A stretch of 64,000 bases of DNA, taken from positions 186,001 to 250,000 of the forward strand of contig JAXLNO010001275.1 of NCBI GenBank assembly GCA_038087875.1, read 5' to 3'. The DNA is from Malacoraja senta. Lineage: Eukaryota. The notes beneath the pieces were generated by a model that saw nothing but the letters and a program-made list of their open reading frames with translations, was not told where the DNA came from and ran no database searches. Of the stretch, positions 37,373 through 47,820 are shown piece after piece (position 1 is the stretch's first letter; each line of letters begins with the position of its first letter). Position numbers and translations under genes: made by a program.

Positions 37373-38424
37373 GGATATAGAAGGGAATATGTGCTTGGAG
37401 TTTGTGGATATAGGCGAGGTTTGGTTTCACCAAGGAAGACATGTAGAATAGTAAGGACCATTAATAGTAAGTACATCATAAAATCCTCCAACATTTTTGC
37501 CACCTCCAACGGGATCCCACTACTGGTCACATCTTCCCATCTCCACCCCTTTCTGCTTTCCGCAGAGACCGTTCCCTCCGAAACTCCCTGGTCAACTCGT
37601 CCCTTCACACCCAAACCACCTGCTCTCCGGATACTTTCCCCTGCAACCGCAGGAGATGCAACACCTGTCCCTTTACGTCCCCCCTCGACTCCGTCCAAGG
37701 ACCTAAAGTCTTTCCAGGTGAGGCAGAAGTTCACTTGCACCTCTTCCAACCTCATCTACTGTATCCGCTGTTTCAGTTGTCAACTTCTCTACATCAGTGA
37801 GACCAAGCGCAGGCTCGGCGATCGTTTTGCTGAACACTTCCCCTCAGTCCGTCTTACCCTACCCGATCTCCCGGTGGCTCAGCACTTCAACTCCCCCTCC
37901 CATTCCCAATCTGACCTTTCTGTCCTGGGCCTCCTCCATTGTCAGAGTGAGGCCCAGCCCAAATTGGAGGAACAGCACCCCATATTTCGCTTGGGTAGTC
38001 TATACTCCAGCGGTATGAACATTGACTTCTATAACTTTCGATAGCCCTTGATTTCTCTCTCCATCCCCTCCCCCTTCCCAATTCTGCCACCAGTCTTACT
38101 GTCTCCGCCGACATTCTATCTTTGTCCCTCCCCTGACATCAGTCTGAAGAAGGGTCTCGACCCAAAACAATGCCCATTCCATCTCTCCAGGGAAGCTGCC
38201 TGACCCGCTGAGTTACCCCAGCATTTTGTGTCTCTCTACGATTTTAACATCTGCAGCATCTGCAGTTCTTTCTTACACATGGAGAATCAATGTGGAGAAT
38301 GCTAACATGCAGGGACACTTTGAAGTTAAGTAAGAAGGAGATGTTGGATCACTTGAAGAGAAATGTGGATAAATCCCCAGGACAGAGGGGGTGTAGTGGA
38401 TGATAATAATAATCGTTGAAAACA

Positions 38425-38630
38425 TTAGTGCCGTGCTGGTTTCCAACGGGCACGGTGACGGACGCACCACACATCTCTGTCCTCCATGCAGCTGGCAAGC
38501 TCCTCTTTTGTCTCTACACATGCGTCTTCCATCAACGTCTTCAACATCGTCTTGAATGGCCATCCTGGGTCAAGTCTTCCATGGGTGGAAGACGCATGCC
38601 AGCAAACAGGCATGTCTGGCATTTAACGAG
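38425..38630 (-). mobile_element. RTE-like LINE C-terminal remnant
   Basis: GRL.PG.P.KT..KTL.ED...EL..CMEDRDVW resembles the C-terminus of RTE-group ORFs. Confidence 0.5.
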
Positions 38631-38634
38631 CATT

Positions 38635-40000
38635 GATGTATATATTGTAGACTTTCGTCCCAAATATCTTTCGTTATGGGTTGGCCTAATTCATTTTCCC
38701 ATGTGTGTCTATATAAATCCGTCGGCGGGACCTCACTATCTAAGAGGGTATTATAAATATGAGATATTAATTTTTCTGTATTAAGATTCAAGATTCAAGA
38801 TTCAAGAAGTTTATTGCCATGTCAACTGAGTTGATAGGAATTTGACTTGCCATGCAGCACACAAATAAAGATTACAACAAAGAATTTAACAGTAAACATA
38901 AAAACATCCCCCCACAATGGTTCCCACTGTGGGGGAAGGCAGCAAAGTCCAGTCCCATCCCCAGTTCACCCATAGTCGGGGCCTATTGAGGCCTCTGCAG
39001 TCGCCGCTACGGCAGCCCGATGCCTCAGGCCCTCTCGCCGGATGATGATGCTCCGGCGTCGGGTGAACACTCTCAGCGGCCCGGAGTGTCTGGAGCGGCT
39101 GCCTCCTCCCAGTAGACCGCGGCTCCCGAAGTCCACGAGCCGCGCTGGTCGATGCCCCGACTCTGTCGACCTCGTCGTCAGATCCCAGGCTCCGCGGTGT
39201 TCCAAGCTCAGCGCCGCTGGAAGCTCCACTGACCGCAGACCGCAGCTCTGCGATGTTAGTGCCGGCCGTCACAGCACTCCGGAGCTTACTGCACGGCGAC
39301 CCGGGTTAGGCATCGCCCGCTCCGCGATGGTGCTTCAGCGCTGTGCCGCCGCCGAAGCTGAAGTCCTGGCTGGTCCCGGCAGGAAAACGCCGCTCCAGCC
39401 TGCCCGTAGGCCGCGAGGAAGGGGCGAAGATACGGCTCGGAGAAAAGCCGCATCTCCGACCAGGTAGGGACTGAGAAGAATAGTTTCCCCCTTCCCCCTA
39501 CCCCCCCCCCCCACATAAAAAGACTAAAAGATCTCCAACCAACACTCTCAACTAACTAAAAATAAAAAAAAAGAGTGAAAAAACTAACAGCTGCTGGCGG
39601 GGCAGCCATATTCGACGGCACCCCCTGTTGATGTTATTACGATGTTTATTCAAACATTCATCAAGGATTTCTGGTTCCCTAGTTCTGTAATCTTGTGTAT
39701 TTGATTTAATGTAATCTCTAATTTGTAAATATCTGAAAAAGTTATTTGAGTGTGGTCCGTAAATCTGTTGTAACCCCTGAAATTAAAGAAAAGTGCCTTT
39801 CCTATAAAGATGTCCCATCTTTTTAATTCCTTAATTTTTCCATTGTGTAAAGCCTTTATCCAACATGGAGGGTTTGAATAAAGGGTTGTTTATAATGGGG
39901 AGACAGAGTGATAAATTATCCAATTTTAAAGTCTTTTTTAATTGTTTCCAAATTCGTATACCACTATATATTATAGAATTTTCACTATAGGTTTTTTAAT
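38635..40000 (-). mobile_element. L1/Tx1 ORF2 3' remnant, split by the insertion at 38783-39628
   Basis: NTEKLISHIYNTLLDSEVPPTDLYRHTWENEL...HQCSLNARH is closely similar to the C-terminus of the full-length L1 ORF2 at 58869-59795. Confidence 0.8.
38783..39628 (-). mobile_element. CpG-rich non-autonomous retroelement (same family) inserted in an L1 remnant
   Basis: (ttgaatc)n tail on the - strand. Its 5' end atggctgccccgccagcag resembles atggttgcctcgccaacag of the 36655-37372 copy. It interrupts L1 ORF2 homology. Confidence 0.6.
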
Positions 40001-42940
40001 GCAATTTTGTGGGAGCAAACATAATCGAACCAATTTCAAAAGGCAAACAGTCTTTCACTATTTTGTATGACTCAATGAGGTCCCCCCTTATTCTTCTAAA
40101 CTCCAGCGAGTACAGGCCCACTGCCATCAAATGGTCATCATATGTTAACCCATTCATTCCTGGGATCATTCTTGTACACCTCCTCTGGACACTCTCCAGA
40201 GCCAGCACATCCTTCCTCAGATATGGTGCCCAAAATTGCTCACAATGCTCCAAATGTGGCCTGACCGGCGCCTTATAGAACCTCAGCATTACATCCCTGT
40301 TTGACAGGGAGAAAGTATAATTGATGTATTTCATATTAGTTAACCATGGATTTTCTTGACCACAGTTGACAGCCCCTAATGGGATTGCATGTCTATCATA
40401 CATCTCAAAAGAGCACAGCATTAAGCTTCGAAGGGCAAAATTTACACGAGTTGTGCAGGTCAAGTGTTTTTTTGCACAGAGAGAGCTTGATACCTAGAAT
40501 GCGCTACCAGGAATGGTGGTAGAGGAAGACATGATAATGGTGCTTAAGAAGGTTTTGGACAGGCTTGTGAATGTGCAGCGAATACAAGGATATGGATCAC
40601 ATGCAGGCAGTGGAAATCAGTTTTGGTTTAGTTTAGAGATAGAGTATGGAAACAGGATCTTTGGGCCACTGAGTCTGCACTGACCAGCAATTGCCCATTC
40701 ACTATTTTTGTCCTACAAGCTAGGGACAATTTACAGAAGCCAATTAACCTACAAACCTGCACGTCTTTTGTATTTGGGAGGAAACCGTAGCCCCCAGAGA
40801 AAACCCACAGGGTGACAGAGAGAACGTACAAACTCCGTCCAGACAGCACTCTAGTCAGGATCGAACCCGGGTCTCTAATGCTGTAAGACAGCCATTCTAT
40901 CACTGTGCCACTGTGTTGCCTTAGTTTAACTTGGTATCCTGTTCGACATGGACATTGCAGGCTGAAAGTCCTGTTCTTGTACTGTTCTATGTTCTATATA
41001 TTCTCATTGGACAGGGCAGAGTTTTTCACTCCTCCAGCCTCCATGTTGAATACTTAATCCCAGTTTAAATCTGATTCAATTAGTCAATCCATTTCTCCCC
41101 CCCCCCCTCCTGCCCTGATCCCCATTCTATATCTTGAAGTAGTCATTCCCTTTTTCGCTCCCTGGTCTGTCTACTATCCCCACAACTTTCCTCTACTTTC
41201 CTGTCTTGGTGCATGCAACATCTATCCATTTACCTCTTCCCTTCCTACTGTCCATAGACCCAGGTAGTTCTTCAAAGTGAAACAGCGTGAAACACTTGCA
41301 CTTCCAGTCAAATCTACTGCATTTGGTTTTCATGCGTAATCTTCCACATCGCATCAATGAAACAAATTGAGTGGCTGCGTTCTGGAGAACCCGCATTCAA
41401 TCCATGGGACTTTCTAAGATTCCTAATTCCTGCCACTTTAATTCTCCATTCAACACCCACCATGATCCATCCATCTGTACCTCTTACACTAGGATAACAA
41501 GGGTGAAAGTAACCTTGAGGACCAACAACTCAGCTTCTACCTTGACATGTTGCAGCCTTTCACACTCAATTCCACGTTCAACAAGTTGTATTCCCTGTCG
41601 ATAAAAGAACTGGTCATTTCATAAGTTCATGTTCATTTATTGTCACATACACCAATTGGTGTAGTAAAATTCACTGGCCAGGTCAGTCATACAATTTAAA
41701 AAAGCAACAGACTCAAAAACACATTTTGACATAAACATCCATCATAGTGACTCCTACACATTCCTCACTGTGATGGAAGGCGAAAATAAAGTTCCAAGTC
41801 CTTCCCTTGTTGTTCTTCCTTGGTCGGGGGCCTCGAGCCCCCCGTTGAACGGACGGTCTTGAGTCCCGTAGCCGGCGGCGTTCGGGCCCTCCGCGTCGAG
41901 GTGATCAGCTCCCGCATCGGGGGGATTGTCAGCTCCCCTGCGCCGGGCGATCGAACCTCGCGTCGGGGCTGTACGAACCTTCTGTGGCGTTGGAGCTCCC
42001 GACTAGCCTCTCCCGAGACTGGGAGCCCTTGATGGTAAGTTCGCAGGCCGCGTTGGGAGCGATCCCAGGCAAGGGATCCGCTCCGATGGTAAGTCCACGC
42101 CCCGTGGTGGGGCTCACGACGGTCCTTTTCAACTGTTAAGTTGAAGTCAGAAAGAACAGATGCAAGAAGTATGAAGGACACCAAGCTGAAACATTACGTA
42201 ACCATGTCTTCCAGATGCTGCCTGAGCCACTGAGTTACACCTGCACGTTTTTGTGTTTTTTTTAAATTACAGTAAAGTTATCCACCTGCAAAATCAGGAC
42301 AGCCTGACCTACTTGAGTACTGCAGTATGTGCTGCATTTTATATAACTCTGTTTAGTTTCATGCATGCAGAGATGCAGTGAAATGGTTTGGATGGAACAG
42401 CAGATGCTGGACACCCCGTCCCTTCTCTCCAGAGATGCTGCCTGTCCCGCTGAGTTACTCCAGCTTTTTGTGTCTGTCTGCAGTGAAATGGTTGTTCTGC
42501 ATTCTCCCCAGTCAAGTCATACTGTACATAAGTACAATTCGTCCTCTTCTGGAACAGCACGCAGAGATCCACCACATTCCAGAACTATCTTGCAGCTTCC
42601 AAGTCTCTGAGAAGTCTGATTTTGCCCTAAGGAAATACCCAATTTCACATTTTCTCATGTTAAGGCCCAGTGTCATAACAGCACTGGATTGATGAAGTAG
42701 AGGCGCCTGCCTCAGTTTAAGTTTTTCTGTTTCAAGATTGTGATCAAACCCTCGTCACTGGAACTGTGTCGCAGTGCCACCCATTACGTATCAGTCCCAA
42801 TTATCTTTCAACATGCTGGAATCACTTGTTTTTTATCCTTTTTAGACTTTTTTCATGAATTGTTCAGCTTAAACAGTTATGCTACAGCAGTTAAGCGCAG
42901 CTACCACTTAGTTCCAGAGACGTAACAACACAAGAGATAG

Positions 42941-43122
42941 TGTTGGAAGAATGATCAAACTCACACATAGTGGTTAGAATCCATAGTCTTTTATTAGTAA
43001 CTCTGCAGAGGAAACACAAGGTGCTTTCTTCTCAGCATGCTTACTACCAGTCTACCAGAGAGAGAGAGAGCTGTCTAATAAGCCTGTGGGCGGAGCCACA
43101 GTATGAGCGACACTAATCTACA
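42941..43122 (-). mobile_element. Solo LTR (182 bp)
   Basis: TGT...ACA termini, perfect 5-bp TSD gatag (42936-42940 and 43123-43127), AATAAA on the - strand. Confidence 0.75.
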
Positions 43123-44756
43123 GATAGGCACAGGGATAAGTTTCGGTTTATTATTGTCACGTTTAGATTCGAGGTACAGCATGAAAATAGGCCTTTTGGC
43201 CCACTGAACATGTGCTGACTAACGACCACCCAAATATTAGTTCTATCCTACACACTAGCGACAATTTACAGAAGCCAAAAACTTACAAACCTGCACGTCT
43301 TTGAATGTGACGGAACTGTAGCACCCGGAGATAACTCACATGGTCACAGAGAGGATATATGAACTCTATATAGACAGCACCCATTGTCAGGATTGAACTT
43401 TGGTCTGTGGTACTGTAAGGCAGCAACTTTCCCTCTGCGCCACTGTGCTGCCCATGTACTGAGGTAGTGTGTAAAGCTTTGATTTGCATGCTATCCAATT
43501 GGATGAGGTAACAAAATACATATATATGATCATCAAACTCAAGAACTGTAGGTAGAGCAAAGGGGAAGGTACAGAGTGTGGCATGTAGTTCTCAGCAATG
43601 TAGCACACCAGTTCCATTAGATAAGTGTTTCGACACGAAACGTAACACATTCCTTCTCTCCAGAGATGCTGCCTGACCCGTTGAGTTACTCTAGCATTTT
43701 GTGTCTATCTGCGGTTTAAACCAGCATCTACAGTTCCTCCCTACATAGTTCTATAAACAAAGTCCACTGTCTTTAATGGGGTAGTGGTCAATTGGACAGT
43801 ACCGTAGCTTATGGAACGATCATTCAGAAGCCTGATTTTCTCCTCGGTTATCAAGTTTCCGAGTAAGCCATTTGGTCCTCTAACCTGCCCACCATTCAAT
43901 ATGACCATGGCTGACGTTCCTCAGGCATCAACTCCTGTTCGATGTCAGTTCCTCATTGCACTCAGTTCTCCAATTTAAGTTTAATTAAGTTAACTACCGC
44001 CACATTAAATGCTTCCAATGATTTTGTCTTCACAAATCTCTGGCGCCAGAGAATGACCACACTCTGCAAAAAGAGATTTTGTAAACAAATGACTGGTCTC
44101 TTTTATCTCTTATTGAAGAGGAGTGAAAATACTGCCAATTTTAAGCTTGTCCCCTCCCCAATTGACCCTCATTTCATAACTTGTCAATTATTTATTATTG
44201 TCAATAATATGCCCTAGTGAAAAGATTTGCCGTTGGTATTAGTTTATTATTGTCACGTGAACTGTGATATAGTCAAAAGTTTGTCTGTGTGTTATCCAAT
44301 CAGATCATACTACACATGTGCAATCAAGCCATCCACAAGTAGAACAGTGCAAAGAGAAAAATTCTCAGAGTGCAGAATATCGGGTTACAATATCATAGCA
44401 TTACAGTTACAGAGAAAGTGCAGATCAAAAAGAGTTGCAAGGATCACAATGAGATTGGTTGGAAGATCAGGGCAACATCTTATCTTACATGAGAACCATT
44501 CAGTAGTCCAATAACAGTGGGGAAGAAGCTGTTCCTGAATTTAATGGTACGTACTTTCAAACTTCCTTGTGTACTGTCTTAACAGGGAGCGTGCAATCCC
44601 TTTTAAACCACGTGGTTGGTTGATGGTGACGAAAGAGGCAAAATGGGGCAGATGTGGACAGTAACTTGGTTGTTGTAGTAGACTGAAGAATATTTTGTGG
44701 TGGGTGACTGTGCAAGTTTTACTGAAGATGAAAATAACCATCTTACTGTCTTGTAG

Positions 44757-45023
44757 TTTCCCCTGAGGTCACTCTCGCTGCCCGCCCTGATGATCATTCA
44801 GTCCTGTACTGCACTGTGTTTGGATTTTACCCACCGGCCATCAATGTCAGCTGGTTGCAGAATGGTCAACATGTCTCTGAGACCAAATCTTCTGGGGTCA
44901 TACCCAACAACGATGGAACATATCATCTAAAGTCTGTCCTTGAGTATGATCCGTATGATGGGAAACAGTATTCCTGTCATGTCGATCACAGCAGCCTGCC
45001 CGGTGGGAAGACCATCATCTGGG
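44757..45023 (+). CDS. MHC class I-like gene, alpha3-type Ig C1 domain exon
   Basis: Acceptor ctgtcttgtag, 267 nt open, donor G|GTAAG. Translation SPEVTLAARPDDHSVLYCTVFGFYPPAINVSWLQNGQHVSETKSSGVIPNNDGTYHLKSVLEYDPYDGKQYSCHVDHSSLPGGKTIIW has the C1-set CxxxGFYP, W and YSCxVxHxSL motifs and the class I alpha3 PNxDGTY motif. Confidence 0.93.
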
Positions 45024-47712
45024 GTAAGAACGTTAAATATTCTTTCATAGATAATCATTATCTTCTGTTGTTTCCATTTTAATCATCATGAATACATCCC
45101 ATATTCCAAGATGCTTCAACTTTCTTTGTTTAGTGGTGTTGCTCTAAGTAATCACGTAATCAGCACCCACTCTCCACATGAGCAGAAGACTTTGTCAACA
45201 GAACATTTATCAAAAGTAAATAAATAACTAATATATAAGGAAGGAGTATTTGAGATTCTCAGTGGTGGAACTGAAATCTATGAAAGGTATGTTTAAATAA
45301 AAAATGAATCTTTCCTCATGATGTGATTAACAACAAGGCACTGGGGGAGTACATGCCCCAATCTGAATCAATGGTCCGAAGTGGAAATGATTGAGAGCTT
45401 CATGTTCCTTGGCATGAATTTATCCAATATTCTGTAAAGGACTGACCACACAGCCAAGGAGGCACACCGACACCTCTACTTCCTCAGGAGACTGAGAATA
45501 GTCATCATGTCTCTGGTGACTCTAGCAAACATCTATAGATGCCGCTAGAGAAAGCATGTTGTTGGGTTGCATCACATCTTGATTTGGGAACTGCACTGCC
45601 CAAGACTGCAAGAATATACAAAGAGTTAAAGATCATCACACAGGCCAGACTTCCCACTATTGGCTCAATCTACACTAGGTTGCCTTGGAAAACGAGACTT
45701 ATCCCAACCTTCCTCCTTCTTGCTCCCATCAGGCATTAGGTACAGAAAGTTGAAAATATGCACTGCCAGACTCAGGAACACCCCCTTTCCACCTGTTAAC
45801 AGGCTTCGGAAGGGTCCTTCCATAATGTAGGTTTAATGCCCGATTCACCTCAACCTCATTGAACATTGAACATTGTCCATGGAACTGATGTGTTACAATG
45901 CTGAGAACTATATTCTGTACTCTGTATCCTCCTCTTTGCTCTATCTATTGTTTTTGAGTTTGTATTTATGTATAGTTTTATAATTTGTTTGGATAGCATA
46001 CAAAACAAACTTTGCTGATATTTTGAAACATCTGGCGTTAATAAAACTAAACCTAATGAAGTAAGTTCCATGACGCAAGTTACAGATTCAGCAACGAAAA
46101 ATATAACTGCCTGACAAACAGCGATTGTAGAAGTTTGATTCCAAGTATGCTGCACTAACCTACACAAATGCTCACTTTTGAAGATTCCCTCGAACAATGC
46201 ACAACTAAGGAATCTGATGTTTCACTCTGAAGACTGTTGACATACCCCAGAACTTAATTTCCAACCTATCTATGTATCATCAGCAATCTAGGCTACAGCG
46301 CCACCAGTCCCTTCATCTGCTCTTAATACCAACGATAAGTAGTTCACTTTCTTGCATTGATTCCCAACCTGCAGTTGCAGTTTCCCAACCAGAACACTCC
46401 TTTAAGACAACTCTCTGCTTGCTCTTAATTGTTTTTCCATTCATGCTAATTATTACCCCCAATGTCATAAGCCATGTGCCTTTGCATCACTTGATCAGAT
46501 ATCTTATGAAAATCCAGATATTGTGGCGACATCTGGTGGTCAGGCCACTTATTGCTAGAACCCTCGTCAGGGGAGCTGGGACTATCACGTGAGTGACAGG
46601 GTTTTGGTGGGAGTTGGTGATGAGTTAATCGCCAGTCAACTGGTGTGCCCGATAACAACGGCAGGAACTTTGCTCAAGTCCTTACTAAACGCGAGTGGGC
46701 CAAAACTGTATTTCTTTAAAAAAACATTGATTTGTTCACGACGTTTGGATCTCTACAATATATTGTATTTCTTTTGTTTCTCATTCCAATTTTGTTACCT
46801 ATTCTGCTTTTCCATCATTTTGTTTATGAATTTTAGGCTTTTCACACCTGCTGCTCGAATATACATTGTCTACGGGTTCCTGTTGCATTTTCAAAGAGTT
46901 CTAATCAATTTCTCAAACAAAGTTTGAAGAAGGGTCCCAAAACGAAACGTCACCTGTCCATGTGTAAGAAGAAACTGCAAATGCTGGTTTACACCAAAGA
47001 TGGACACAAATTGCTGGAATAACTCAGCTGGTCAGCCAGCATCTCTGGAGAAAAGGAATAGGTGATGAATCCATGTTCGCCAGAGATGCTGCCTGTTCCG
47101 CTGAGTTACTCCAGCATTTTGTGTCTATTATGTATATTCTTTCCACTGACTGGTTAGCATGAAACAAAAGCTTTTCACTGTACCTCAATACATGTGACAA
47201 TAAACTAAACTAAAGCTTTTGTGTAAATCAGTATCTGCATCTCTTTCTTTCTACAATTTTCCTGATAATGCCCTGATAATGCACTTTATTGTTTTGTTAT
47301 TACTTAAATGTTCTGCCATTATTGAAAGGAATCCAGCATTTTCCCCAAAACAAATGTTAGTTTATATAGGGTTAAAGCTTTCTGCTTTCAATTCACCTTC
47401 TTTCATGAATTAAGTTGTGGCTGTGATGGTGCCATATATCATAGAGTTGTACAGAACATATATTGTCCCTTTGCCATGCTGCAGAACTCCGTGATTCAAA
47501 ACACCATATCATCTTATATACCTTGAAAAGCCCCAAATATAGACACAAAATGCTGGAGTAACTCAGCGGTCAGGTAACATCTCTGGAGAAAAGGAATAGG
47601 TGGCATTTCGGGTCGAGACCCTTCTTCACCCTGAAGTCTTCAGACAGTGCCCATCTATTTAGCTGCACAGCTTAACAATTGATTTGTAAAATTATGCATT
47701 CTTATTTTTCAG

Positions 47713-47820
47713 AAGGAAATAGGAAGAAAGACAGGCACATAGGCCTTATTGCCGTGTGTGTGCTGATATTGCTGGCTATTGTCTTGGCAGTAATTGTTTT
47801 GTGGAGAAAAAAGAGGAGAG
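47713..47820 (+). CDS. MHC class I-like gene, connecting peptide/transmembrane exon
   Basis: Acceptor ttatttttcag, 108 nt, donor G|GTAAG, phase 1-1. Translation (E)GNRKKDRHIGLIAVCVLILLAIVLAVIVLWRKKRR: a hydrophobic span of about 22 residues followed by a basic stop-transfer signal. Confidence 0.88.

Noticed and set aside
44600-44756. Possible decayed alpha2 remnant just upstream of alpha3 (WLVDGDERG..., EYFVVGDC)
   Set aside because: Fragments are in different frames with stops and lack diagnostic alpha2 motifs. The similarity is at chance level by eye.
24782-47820. Calling the gene MHC class II alpha or W-category alpha because it has two ectodomains
   Set aside because: The alpha1 is full-length class I type, the C1 domain has class I alpha3 motifs, and the TM lacks the glycine pairing pattern.
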